DNA of 64,000 nt from Candidatus Uhrbacteria bacterium RIFCSPLOWO2_01_FULL_47_17 (GTDB lineage: Bacteria; Patescibacteriota; Patescibacteriia; UBA9934; GWF2-40-263). Shown here one piece after another: positions 37,952-47,521 of this stretch. The translations under genes and the position numbers were made by a program. The stretch is taken from positions 340,208 through 404,207 of the forward strand of contig MGEI01000005.1 in NCBI GenBank assembly GCA_001791305.1. The letters are read 5' to 3'. The notes under the pieces were generated by a model that did no database searches, was not told the DNA's origin, and saw nothing but the letters and a program-made list of their open reading frames with translations. How positions within the stretch are numbered: position 1 is the stretch's first letter; each line of letters starts with the position of its first letter.

Positions 37952-39571
37952 ATGCAAACGTTGCCGGATATTCGTACGCTTCCACTTCCGTCCAAGTTCA
38001 CCACGGCGCTTCTCAAACTCGCGATTCGCACGCTTGAAATGGCCGAATCGAACGAGACGGGGAATCTCCTCGTCGCTGCTCGACTCTGCACTGCGACGGT
38101 TGGATCACGTACAACCTTTGGTCAGCTCTCGATTCCGTCCATCTCGGACTGGAACAATGCGATCATGATTGAAGGGATTGCGGCTCCTAGTGTTCGCATT
38201 CACGAACTTGTGGATCTTTTGAAGATGATCGATCCGACAACGCCTGTGTGCGATGCATGCGGCGAATTCGCGATCAATCAGATCGGCGGAAAGTTCATGT
38301 CGCTCGCACCGAGCGAAGTCTGTCCGTTCTGTCTCACGGGACATGTGCACATCGTGCCGATGATTCTGCGCACCGTGAACTGGGTAACCGGTGAACTGGT
38401 CGCGCCGAACATTGAGTACGATTCGCGCTCGCATGTCGGTGTCGGCATTCCACTGACCGACGAAGCGATCATGGATTGGGCGAAAGAGATTCATCCATCA
38501 CTCACGAAATCTCTTGAGAAGTACGGCGTGTCGATTCACGGATTTCTTGCATATGCTTTTTTGTATGCGCATGCATTTTCTTCGATCGAAGAAGCACCCG
38601 AGTTCCTCGCGCACGCGCCGTTTCATAGCACAGTGAATGCAACAGACCTTGCTGTAAAAGCAGCTTGGTTCATGGATGATCGCGAGATCACGAATCTTCC
38701 GCACAAGAAGTTTCTCTCCGACGGTCGTCGTCGCGATGAGTTTCAACCTGTCGTGATTGGCGGTCGATTGTATTTGATTGATCGACACATCGGCACGGGT
38801 GATAAGAGCGATGTGTTTCTTGCACGCACCGATGATGAAACGCCCGAGCGTCTCGTGCTCAAGCGTTTGCGTGAAACGGCCGACGGCGATTTGCACGATC
38901 ATGAAATTGACGTGCTGAATCGATTGGCGAAAAGTGTTGTGCGCGGTTCCGTGCACTTCAGTCAGTTCGTTCCGCAAATCGCGTTTTCGCAGAACAGCAA
39001 AACGGAAAAGCCGGTGATCGCCTTTCGTGAACGTGGAACATTCCATTTCACGGTTGCGGACGTTATGCGTGAATATCCAGAAGGAGCGGATTTCAAAACC
39101 GCGGTCTGGATTTGGAAGCGCATGCTCATGATTCTTGATTGGGTGCACGCGAACCGTTTGGTTCACGGCGCAATCCTTCCGGATCATATCTTGCTCGACG
39201 TGCCGAATCACAACGCACGACTCTTGGATTGGGGATACGCCGAATTGTTTGGTGGATCTCTTAAAGCCTTCAGTGAATCAAATCGTGCATTCTATCCCGC
39301 AGAAGTTTTGGGTGGTTCGCCACTTGATCCACGTCTGGACATTGCGATGATGACACGATGTGTCATCGCCCTTCTTGGCGGAGATCCCGTCCGGAAAATC
39401 CTTCCTTCTTCTGTGCCGGATGCGTTCCGTGTGTGGATGTTGGAAGAAGCAGGATACGACTCGTTGCGGACGGTCTGCGACAATGCGTATGCACTGCACG
39501 AGCGTGTGAGTGCGACGGCCAAACAAGTGTATGGTCCGCCGTCATTTCACGCGCTTTCCATGCCGCGCTAA
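37952..39571 (+). CDS. Ser/Thr kinase-like protein (degenerate catalytic loop) with N-terminal Zn finger
   Basis: IGTGDKSDVF, VLK, LVHGAILPDHILL, LLDWG; CDAC..CPFC. Confidence 0.75.
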   Translation: MQTLPDIRTLPLPSKFTTALLKLAIRTLEMAESNETGNLLVAARLCTATVGSRTTFGQLSIPSISDWNNAIMIEGIAAPSVRIHELVDLLKMIDPTTPVCDACGEFAINQIGGKFMSLAPSEVCPFCLTGHVHIVPMILRTVNWVTGELVAPNIEYDSRSHVGVGIPLTDEAIMDWAKEIHPSLTKSLEKYGVSIHGFLAYAFLYAHAFSSIEEAPEFLAHAPFHSTVNATDLAVKAAWFMDDREITNLPHKKFLSDGRRRDEFQPVVIGGRLYLIDRHIGTGDKSDVFLARTDDETPERLVLKRLRETADGDLHDHEIDVLNRLAKSVVRGSVHFSQFVPQIAFSQNSKTEKPVIAFRERGTFHFTVADVMREYPEGADFKTAVWIWKRMLMILDWVHANRLVHGAILPDHILLDVPNHNARLLDWGYAELFGGSLKAFSESNRAFYPAEVLGGSPLDPRLDIAMMTRCVIALLGGDPVRKILPSSVPDAFRVWMLEEAGYDSLRTVCDNAYALHERVSATAKQVYGPPSFHALSMPR

Positions 39572-39594
39572 CAGCGGCGATTCAGGAGTTCCCC

Positions 39595-40557
39595 ATGGGG
39601 TACGGTCGTAGTGATCACGACGCGCATGTGGCGCGTTCGGCAGTTCGGGCATCTCTTCCGCGTGAAGAGGTGTTCAAGCAACGTGTCCTCAATCCGGAAA
39701 TGGATCCGCGCGGACTCACGGTTCGCGAAAGTCGCGACAGTGCGGAACATCCGAACTCGCTCGGCGTCATGTTCTGGATCGATGAGACGGGTTCCATGTG
39801 CGAAATTCCGGAAAACCTCGCGAAGCACACACTCCCGCATTTCGTTGGCGACCTCATGAAGGTCGAGCCGGATGCGCAAGTGTTCTTCGGAGCGATCGGC
39901 GACGCAACGACGGGTGAAGCGTCTCCGCTTCAAGTGGGCCAGTTCGAAAGTTCGGACGAACTCATGGACAAGTGGCTGACCGCGGTTCACCTCGTCCGTG
40001 GCGGTGGTGGCAACGCGGGTGAGAGTTACGATCTCGCCATGTACGTCGCCGCGCGCCATACGGCCATGGACTGCTTCGAGAAGCGTGGTCGCAAGGGCTA
40101 CTTCTTCTTGTGCGGTGACGAACCGCATCTCGGCAGCGTGAAGAAGCGCGAGATCAAGCAGTTGATCGGCACGGACATCCCGAAGGATATCCCGATTGTG
40201 GAGATTGTTCGGGAACTGAAGCGCACGTTCCATCCGTTCTTCTTGATTCCGGATCCGGATCGGGCGCACCGTGTGGAGCGCATCTGGCGCGAGTTGTTTG
40301 GCGACAACGTCATCACGCTCGCGGTGCCGGAAGATACTGGTGTCGTCTCCGCGATTCTCATCGGTCTCACCGAAGGGCATCTTGCGGACATGCAGTCGGT
40401 GAAGGCCAAGCTTGAAAGCGACTTCGGCCGCAAAGGTCAGGAACGCGATCGCGTCTTGCGCGCAGTCGAAGCCTATGCGGTTTCGATCGGTCGTGCGGGA
40501 CAAGGCGAACGTCCGTCGAGCACAAACTCGCGTCCGTACGGCAACTCGCGTCCGTAA
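39595..40557 (+). CDS. vWA-domain protein
   Basis: DETGSM MIDAS, GAIGDA, QVGQFES, GGGNAGESY, GDE. Confidence 0.82.
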   Translation: MGYGRSDHDAHVARSAVRASLPREEVFKQRVLNPEMDPRGLTVRESRDSAEHPNSLGVMFWIDETGSMCEIPENLAKHTLPHFVGDLMKVEPDAQVFFGAIGDATTGEASPLQVGQFESSDELMDKWLTAVHLVRGGGGNAGESYDLAMYVAARHTAMDCFEKRGRKGYFFLCGDEPHLGSVKKREIKQLIGTDIPKDIPIVEIVRELKRTFHPFFLIPDPDRAHRVERIWRELFGDNVITLAVPEDTGVVSAILIGLTEGHLADMQSVKAKLESDFGRKGQERDRVLRAVEAYAVSIGRAGQGERPSSTNSRPYGNSRP

Positions 40558-40649
40558 GTTCTTTCCATCTTGAGGTTCAACGCGAACCTCTTTTTTTACA
40601 AGCAATGATCAACAGGATGATTGCTGGTAGAAAAACAAACGGAGGTTTC

Positions 40650-42035
40650 ATGAATCAACATGCTCACATTGTCATCGACCTTGGATTCGGTGATTGTGGA
40701 AAAGGCACGATCGTTGATGCACTCGTGCGTAAACACAAAGCCCATTCCGTGTTTCGTTTCAATGGTGGTGCGCAAGCCGCACACAATGTTGTGACGTCGG
40801 ACGGAAGGCATCACACATTTCAACAGTTTGGTTCTGGAACATTTGTTCCGGGCGTACGAACGATTCTTTCTGAATTCATGCTCGTACAGCCATGGATCTT
40901 GTCTTCAGAAGAAGCACTGCTTCAGCAAGTTGGTGTGACTGATGCGTTTGATCGACTGTTCATTCATGAGCGCGCACTCATTACGACTCCTTTTCATCGT
41001 GCGGCAAACCAAATGCGCGAACGCGCTCGAGGGGACGGTCGCCACGGGAGTTGTGGAATAGGCGTTGGTGAAACAGCGAAGGATGCGACGGAGTGCGGAG
41101 AAGAGTTGATTCTTCGTATGGGCGACCTTTGCGATCGCGAAACGTTTGTGACGAAAATGCATCGTGTACGCAAGTACAAGCATAATCAAATGCGTTTGTT
41201 CATTGCGGCGCAACGTCGTGATCCAGATGCGGAAGCAAATATTCTTGCATTCGAGGATCCGGATGAAGTGATGTACTGGGTTGATCAACTCTACACATCG
41301 ATCGAACGATTTCATATTGTTGACGACGCGTTTGTTGCATCGATCTTGGAAGAAGATGGTCACGTTGTTTTCGAAGGCGCACAAGGCGTGCTCATCGACG
41401 AATGGCGCGGATTCCATCCGTACACCACATGGTCCACATGCACATTCAAAAACGCGCTCGAACTGCTCGAGCGCGCAAATTATGCAGGTGAAGTTCATCG
41501 GATCGGGGTTGTACGTGCGTACGCAACGCGGCATGGCGCGGGACCGTTTCCAACGGAAGATGCAGGACTCACGGAACGCATTCCAGACACGCACAACCAA
41601 ATGGAAACATGGCAACGCGAATTTCGCGTTGGCCACTTCGATTGTGTCTCCACGCGTTACGCGATCAATGCCTGTGGCGGCATCGACTCGCTTGCGATCA
41701 CGTGTCTCGATCGCTTGCGCGATGAACATGTATGGAATGTCTGCACGCATTACGAGCTCGCGGCGGAAGATCAAGATTCCGCGTTGTTCGACCAAGACGA
41801 TGTTTCGGAACATCTCGTGACGGACATAAGACTCGGAACCTTTCAAGATCTCGCACATCAAGAGCGACTCACGAACGCACTTCTTCGCGCAAAGCCTGTG
41901 TTGCGCATTACGGCATCATCCGGCACGTTCAGCGAAAGTGTCGAAGATCACGTCCATCGAATCTCGCGCGAACTCGACGTTCCGGTCTCGATCCTCTCAT
42001 TTGGTCCCACGGCCGAAGACAAGAAATTTCTCTGA
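40650..42035 (+). CDS. adenylosuccinate synthetase-like protein (divergent PurA family)
   Basis: DLGFGDCGKG, RFNGGAQAAHNV, HGSCGIG, FEGAQGVLID, TRHGAGPFPTE, LSFGPT. Confidence 0.85.
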   Translation: MNQHAHIVIDLGFGDCGKGTIVDALVRKHKAHSVFRFNGGAQAAHNVVTSDGRHHTFQQFGSGTFVPGVRTILSEFMLVQPWILSSEEALLQQVGVTDAFDRLFIHERALITTPFHRAANQMRERARGDGRHGSCGIGVGETAKDATECGEELILRMGDLCDRETFVTKMHRVRKYKHNQMRLFIAAQRRDPDAEANILAFEDPDEVMYWVDQLYTSIERFHIVDDAFVASILEEDGHVVFEGAQGVLIDEWRGFHPYTTWSTCTFKNALELLERANYAGEVHRIGVVRAYATRHGAGPFPTEDAGLTERIPDTHNQMETWQREFRVGHFDCVSTRYAINACGGIDSLAITCLDRLRDEHVWNVCTHYELAAEDQDSALFDQDDVSEHLVTDIRLGTFQDLAHQERLTNALLRAKPVLRITASSGTFSESVEDHVHRISRELDVPVSILSFGPTAEDKKFL

Positions 42036-42159
42036 TGCGATTCACTTCGCATCTTTTTTGTTTCCTAACCTTGACATAAGCGAGTTCATTTGATAGGCTT
42101 TCGCTCGTTGTGTACAGATGGTCTGCACGCAATTTGTTCCTCAAACACAAAGGAAAGCC

Positions 42160-43080
42160 ATGTCGAAGAAGATCGGTGCAGAACTCGCGGCGGCCATTTT
42201 GGCCATGTTCAAGGATCCCTCCAAGCTCGCGGTTGAGCTCAAGGTTCACATCTTTCCGTGTCCGCACGGCGATGAAAAATCCCATTCGCATTTCAAGGTG
42301 ACGTCCCCGTTCGTTGGGGAAAACGCGCCCAGTCCGAAGCTCGAAAGTGATCTGATGATCCAAGCGTCCATGCAGCCTTTCACGCCCGTCAACGGCAATT
42401 ACATCTTCCGTCAGAGTCTGCTCGAGGGCACCAAGTGCACGAATGCGGAAGGGGCGGATGAGGCAACGGTCGAGTTCTTGCTCCAAAACGGCGTGACCAA
42501 GGCCCTGTTCGATCTGAGTTGTTTCCTGAACGAAGCGCTCGCCGAGTGGCCGACCGAAGTTGTGACTGAGCACGCGCTCGCACGTGCGTATTCGGAAAAC
42601 CTGCGCCGCAAGGTCTGGCATGGCAGTGATACGAATCCGATCGATGTCGAGGTGATCGGTGCGGTGGAAGATGCCCATCAGGCAACTCTCATCAAGCTCA
42701 ACTCCGTACTCTCCGGCCTGTTCGGTCGCCCTCCGCGGCCGCCACAGAATGACAAGATCGTTCTCGTTGCGTTCAGTGACAACAATCCGTGTGCACCCGT
42801 GGTCCGCAAGGTCTATGCTGCGTACGCAACCGAGATCCTGAACACGAAGATCGAACCCGAGATCGCTCCCAAGATCGTGGAGCGCGTGCAGCTCGCTCTC
42901 GACACGCTCGCAACGCGCCTCGCAAAGCAGCAGGCTCCGAAGACGGAAGCAATCACCAACGCTCCGACAGCAACGTCCGGCGCGGTCGAGGGTGACTCGA
43001 CCAAGAACAACAGTTCGTCGATCGGCGAAACCTCGGAAGACACCGAAGGCCACAGTTCCTCGATCGGCGCCACGGCGTAG
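42160..43080 (+). CDS. hypothetical protein
   Basis: AAGGA RBS, 306 aa, upstream TTGACA..TAGGCT. Confidence 0.7.
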   Translation: MSKKIGAELAAAILAMFKDPSKLAVELKVHIFPCPHGDEKSHSHFKVTSPFVGENAPSPKLESDLMIQASMQPFTPVNGNYIFRQSLLEGTKCTNAEGADEATVEFLLQNGVTKALFDLSCFLNEALAEWPTEVVTEHALARAYSENLRRKVWHGSDTNPIDVEVIGAVEDAHQATLIKLNSVLSGLFGRPPRPPQNDKIVLVAFSDNNPCAPVVRKVYAAYATEILNTKIEPEIAPKIVERVQLALDTLATRLAKQQAPKTEAITNAPTATSGAVEGDSTKNNSSSIGETSEDTEGHSSSIGATA

Positions 43081-43254
43081 GTCGATCCAGTCTCACACTC
43101 TCCCTCGCGAGAGTGTTTTTTTATTTTGTTCGACAAAATAATCCCTCGAAGCCTTCTGCTTACTGGAGGATATTATCGAAGATGACGGCGAAGTGGGATG
43201 TGTTATGTAAAGATTTCGTCGTATACAAAATAAAAAGAGGATCAAGATTGATCC

Positions 43255-43809
43255 TCAAGCCGCGATCGCTTCCGGAATGAGACCGATCGCCATGCGTCCG
43301 GCCTGATGTTGCGCGAGTGTGTCCTGCATAGCCTTCTCTCCGGCCATGATGGAAAACGCGTGTTCGTGGAATTCCTCTTGGGGAAGAATGCGGCCGAAGA
43401 CGGCGCGCACGTCTGCGGGGGCGGACGTGTCTGCGACGATCGCGCGAATGCGCTCGAGGCGCATGTGCTCCGCGTGCGCCGCAACCGCCGCGCCCGTCTC
43501 GAACGACTCGATGCCACCGAGCGTCTTGTCCCAGTAGCGTTCTTCTTTGGCGAGAACTTCCGGCGTGATGCCTCGCGCGGTCAGCAGTTCGCCAACCCAC
43601 GCAGCGTGCGTGCGCTCTTGGTCTGCAATCGTGAGCAGTACGCGCTCTGCACGGCTGTCTTGCTGCACATACCGTTTTGCGAATGCTTCGATCCGCTCAG
43701 CTGCGGTGACTTCGCCATGATACTGCTTCATGAGCCAGTCCGTGAACCGCGCCTCGTCGATCTTGATTGCGTTCCACCACGCACTCGAACTTCGTTCAAG
43801 GTTACGCAT
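43255..43809 (-). CDS. ferritin-like domain protein
   Basis: AAGGAG RBS; QYHGE, QERTH, HAE, QEEFH di-iron ExxH pattern. Confidence 0.78.
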   Translation of the reverse strand: MRNLERSSSAWWNAIKIDEARFTDWLMKQYHGEVTAAERIEAFAKRYVQQDSRAERVLLTIADQERTHAAWVGELLTARGITPEVLAKEERYWDKTLGGIESFETGAAVAAHAEHMRLERIRAIVADTSAPADVRAVFGRILPQEEFHEHAFSIMAGEKAMQDTLAQHQAGRMAIGLIPEAIAA

Positions 43810-43964
43810 GACACACTCCTTGGGTTGTGATTCTCTCTCTCCCTGGTGACAGACTAACGCGCAGAGCGGAATGTGTGAATACGTGTTTATAATCGTTATT
43901 GACAACGCCTGCTTTTCTTCTAAAATAAGCGTATCGTGTTTTTCAAATTCATTTTAAAACCTTT

Positions 43965-44732
43965 ATGAAAAATCCCGAATCATTTTTGCAAAGTCTCGGA
44001 CTCACCCAGACAGAATCCACGGTGTATCTCGCAGGACTTTCACACAACGGAACAAACGCGCAGGCGCTCGCAAAACAAACGGGCATCAAACGCCCGACCG
44101 TTTATTATGCGCTTGAGACGCTTATGCAAAAAGGATTGGTAACAAAAAAGGGCGTGGGGAATCGCCGTGTGTATTCCATGACGTCGCCCGAGAATCTGAA
44201 GACATTTGTGGATGCGCAGATTTCGGAAATGCAAACCAAAAAACAATCCCTCGACGGATTTGTCGAAACACTTTTGAAACAACAGGGTGTGGTCACGCCA
44301 ACATCGAGTGTCTCGCACTATGAGGGGATCGAAGGCGTGAAGCTTGTTGTCGAAGAAGCGCTGTACTGCAAGTCGCGTCACTGGGATATTCTCGCACCAA
44401 AGAAAAATTTCTTTTCCGAGTTTGATGCCGAATACGCAAAGTACTACCTCGATGCACGCAAGCGTCGACGTATCACATCACGTTCGCTTTGGGAGAAAGT
44501 AGGAGGGAAGTCGTCTGTGTCTCGTGAAGTGATCGCCGAGCGCCAGCCAAGATACTTGCCAGAGGTGATGTCTGGTCGATTTCAGTCTGTGATGATTCTG
44601 TTTGACGATAGGGTTCTGTTTATCTCGTCGTACAAGTCATTGTCCGCGATTCTCATCCAGTCCGACGAAATGCATCAGTTTCTCCTCGCGATGTTCGATG
44701 GTTTGTGGGCGGGGGCGGAGAAGATTGGATAA
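43965..44732 (+). CDS. TrmB-family transcriptional regulator
   Basis: LGLTQTESTVYLA, IKRPTVYYALETLMQKGLV, YEGIEG. Confidence 0.88.
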   Translation: MKNPESFLQSLGLTQTESTVYLAGLSHNGTNAQALAKQTGIKRPTVYYALETLMQKGLVTKKGVGNRRVYSMTSPENLKTFVDAQISEMQTKKQSLDGFVETLLKQQGVVTPTSSVSHYEGIEGVKLVVEEALYCKSRHWDILAPKKNFFSEFDAEYAKYYLDARKRRRITSRSLWEKVGGKSSVSREVIAERQPRYLPEVMSGRFQSVMILFDDRVLFISSYKSLSAILIQSDEMHQFLLAMFDGLWAGAEKIG

Positions 44733-44760
44733 ACCTTTGATTTTTCTTAAAAGATCGATC

Positions 44761-44789
44761 TTGACGTTTCGAAGGAAATTGCTTATTAT
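44761..44789 (+). promoter_or_regulatory. tRNA promoter
   Basis: TTGACG, 17 nt, TATTAT. Confidence 0.65.
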
Positions 44790-44833
44790 ACCGCCACTGA
44801 AACAGGCGCTTATTCGCCCATTTCTGCGGCTAC

Positions 44834-44908
44834 GGCCCCATCGTCTAATGGTTAGGACATCAGGTTTTCATCCTGGTAACAGGGGTTCAATTCCCCTTGG
44901 GGTCACCA
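44834..44908 (+). tRNA. tRNA-Glu (TTC)
   Basis: GGCCCCA/TGGGGTC acceptor stem, anticodon arm CAGG-TTTTCAT-CCTG, GGTTCAATTCC T-loop, encoded CCA. Confidence 0.96.
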
Positions 44909-45036
44909 CAAAACTTCCAAAAACAAAAAGAATTTTGCACAAACAAAAATACGTATCCGAGTGACTTTTTCGCTACCGGTCACAGAAGATGCGTATTTTT
45001 GTTTGGTTTTGAGCGTCATGTTAAACTATCCCCACT

Positions 45037-45939
45037 ATGAAACACCAAACACACGTCTCGTTTATTGGGGCAGGGGAGATCGGTTCGGCTTTGGTGACAC
45101 TTGTTTCACGATCCGACGCACATATTGAACAGTGGGATGTTGACGCATCGAAAGTCCCGAAGCAAAAGCCTCTTGAGGACGTCGTGTCCTCAGCCGACAT
45201 CCTTTTTTTCTGCGTGCCGTCTTGGATTTTGCGGGTCGCGGTAAAACCAATCATTCCACACCTCAAAAAGAAAACGATTTGCGTGTTTGTTTCAAAGGGA
45301 ATCGAAGCAAAGACGAAATTGTGCATCGACGGCCTCGCAAAAGACATTTTGCCAAAAGGTCAGCCGATTGTGTTACTATCTGGACCCATGCTTGCAGAGG
45401 AGCTGATCGACGGACATGGAGGCGCGGCGTGTGTGGGAACAAAATCGCTTGCCGATTTTAAGCGCATCGACGCAATTTTTTCTGAACAAGATTTGCACCT
45501 GACATTTGCATCAGACGTAAAGAGTGTTGCGATCGCCGGCGTGCTCAAAAACGTGTACGCGATTGCGTTTGGAATCGCGGCCGGTCTTGAGTGGGGCGAT
45601 AACCGAAAAGGTTGGCTCATTGCGCAATCGGTTCAAGAAATGATTACGATCATGGTCGCGCTGAAGGCTGACCCATCATACGCGCTGAGCCTTGCCGGAC
45701 TCGGAGATTTTATGGCGACCGGAATGAGCAAACACTCATCGAATCATTCCGTTGGTCGCGCGCTTGCAACGTCATCAACCTGTGACATAAAAAGCGAAGG
45801 GTGCGAAACGCTTCCATCGCTCGTAAAAATGCTCGGGGCAAAAACGGTGAAGACGCTGCCAATCATTCAGGCGCTTCGAGCCGTTCTCGAAAATCACGCA
45901 AACACAAAAGATACGTTTGAAGAATTATTTCACTGTTAA
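45037..45939 (+). CDS. gpsA: NAD(P)H-dependent glycerol-3-phosphate dehydrogenase
   Basis: IGAGEIG, SKGIE, LSGP, LKNVYAIAFG, AGLGD, SEG. Confidence 0.85.
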   Translation: MKHQTHVSFIGAGEIGSALVTLVSRSDAHIEQWDVDASKVPKQKPLEDVVSSADILFFCVPSWILRVAVKPIIPHLKKKTICVFVSKGIEAKTKLCIDGLAKDILPKGQPIVLLSGPMLAEELIDGHGGAACVGTKSLADFKRIDAIFSEQDLHLTFASDVKSVAIAGVLKNVYAIAFGIAAGLEWGDNRKGWLIAQSVQEMITIMVALKADPSYALSLAGLGDFMATGMSKHSSNHSVGRALATSSTCDIKSEGCETLPSLVKMLGAKTVKTLPIIQALRAVLENHANTKDTFEELFHC

Positions 45940-45941
45940 GT

Positions 45942-47069
45942 ATGCGCATTTTAGGAATCGAATCAAGCTGTGACGAAACCGCGATGGCGCTTGTTTCGGA
46001 AAACGAAGGCGGCATTGTGATTGAAAAAAGTTTGGTCGCATCACAAATCGATCTTCACAAAATTTACGGTGGCGTTGTGCCAGAAGTTGCGGCGCGTGAA
46101 CACGTGAGTGCTATTTTTCCAATGCTCCTCGAGATGGGTATTTCACGCGATGGTCATGAGATCGACGCTATTGCCGTGACGGCGGGCCCCGGACTTGTTG
46201 CTGCGCTCCGCATCGGCGTCGAACTCGCAAAAACACTTGCATGGATGTGGAACAAGCCGCTTGTTGCGGCGAATCACCTTGAGGGGCACGTGTATTCGGT
46301 GTGGGGGCAGGGGAGCAAGAGTGAAAGAGTGATGGAGTGTAAGAGTGAAGGTAAGGGGAAATTCTTTGATTTTATTAACAAACAAAAAAAGGTTTTTCTT
46401 CCATCACTCAACCACTCCATCACTCAACCACTCTGTCTCCCTCCCCAATTTCCCGCCCTGTGTCTCCTCGTCTCCGGTGGTCATACGGAACTTTTTCTCA
46501 TGCGTGATCATGGACAATACGAACTCATTGGTATGACGCGTGATGATGCGGCGGGGGAAGCGTTTGATAAAGTTGCGAAGCTTCTTGGACTTGGATATCC
46601 AGGCGGACCCGCTATCTCGAAGATCGCGCTCGAAGGGAACCCAAACGCGATTGCGTTTCCGCGTCCAATGATTGAAAGCGGAGATTCTGATTTTAGTTTT
46701 TCAGGATTAAAGACGGCTGTGCGAGTGTATCTCGAAGCGCATCCGGAAGCATCCGTCGCAGATGTTGCCGCGTCATTCCAACAAGCTGTCGTCGAGATTC
46801 TTACGATCAAAACGCTTGCGGCCGTCAATCAATTTTCACCTAAATCTGTTATTTTATCCGGTGGCGTCTCTGCAAATCGCGCGCTGCGAGATTTACTCTC
46901 GAGCGAACTCACGAAACAATTTCCGGATGTGACGTTTCATGCTCCAGATCTTTCACTCTCTGGCGATAACGCCGCAATGATCGCGATTGCAGGACTCTTC
47001 CGCGCAAAGCAAAAAGATTTTACAGACCCGCTTTCACTCGAAGCCCAGCCGAATCTTCGGCTGGTATAG
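45942..47069 (+). CDS. tsaD: tRNA threonylcarbamoyltransferase with an ~40 aa insertion
   Basis: ILGIESSCDET, NHLEGH, VSGGHT, DDAAGEAFDK, FSFSGLKT, GGVSAN, DNAAMI. Confidence 0.96.
   Translation: MRILGIESSCDETAMALVSENEGGIVIEKSLVASQIDLHKIYGGVVPEVAAREHVSAIFPMLLEMGISRDGHEIDAIAVTAGPGLVAALRIGVELAKTLAWMWNKPLVAANHLEGHVYSVWGQGSKSERVMECKSEGKGKFFDFINKQKKVFLPSLNHSITQPLCLPPQFPALCLLVSGGHTELFLMRDHGQYELIGMTRDDAAGEAFDKVAKLLGLGYPGGPAISKIALEGNPNAIAFPRPMIESGDSDFSFSGLKTAVRVYLEAHPEASVADVAASFQQAVVEILTIKTLAAVNQFSPKSVILSGGVSANRALRDLLSSELTKQFPDVTFHAPDLSLSGDNAAMIAIAGLFRAKQKDFTDPLSLEAQPNLRLV
46303..46446. repeat. octamer-periodic inverted repeat inserted in frame in tsaD
   Basis: AAGAGTGAAAGAGTGATGGAGTGTAAGAGTGA..CCATCACTCAACCACTCCATCACTCAACCACTC. 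Confidence 0.8.
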
Positions 47070-47094
47070 GTCCTATTGGTCCTATACGACTTAT

Positions 47095-47520
47095 ATGATT
47101 TCAAATTCCCTTGAACAAACAAAAAAACTTGCCCATGACTTTGCCGCCACACTTCGTGGTGGCGATGTTGTGTTCCTTGAAGGCGACCTTGGAGCGGGGA
47201 AGACGAGTTTTGTGCAGGGCGTTCTTGAAGCGCTCGGTTATACAGAACCCGTTCGTTCCCCCACATTTTCGATTTTGAACACCTATCCAATTGCGAATCA
47301 TCCAACAATGGCTCGTGTGATCCACTTAGATTTTTATCGCTTCGAAACACCAAAAGAAGTTCAATCGCTTGGACTCGAAGAAATGATGCAAGACACAAAA
47401 AATATTTTTTTGATCGAGTGGCCCGAAAAAGGAATTGAAAGCGCGTCGCCGATTCGGTATACTAAACGTATTCAGTTTCGCACGATGGATGAACAGACGC
47501 GAGACATAACCATTTCCTGA
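47095..47520 (+). CDS. tsaE: t6A biosynthesis ATPase
   Basis: LEGDLGAGKT, VRSPTF, HLDFYR, LIEWPE. Confidence 0.95.
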   Translation: MISNSLEQTKKLAHDFAATLRGGDVVFLEGDLGAGKTSFVQGVLEALGYTEPVRSPTFSILNTYPIANHPTMARVIHLDFYRFETPKEVQSLGLEEMMQDTKNIFLIEWPEKGIESASPIRYTKRIQFRTMDEQTRDITIS

Positions 47521-47521
47521 T

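Noticed and set aside
40650-42035. PurZ (2-aminoadenine DNA pathway)
   Set aside because: The P-loop keeps the PurA Asp (GDCGKG) rather than the Ser typical of PurZ, and there is no phage replication context.
1920-47094. Short 9-bp tandem repeats at about 1926-1955, 25230-25265 and 47067-47094
   Set aside because: Only three or four degenerate units each, with no spacers or linked genes; treated as low-complexity intergenic repeats.
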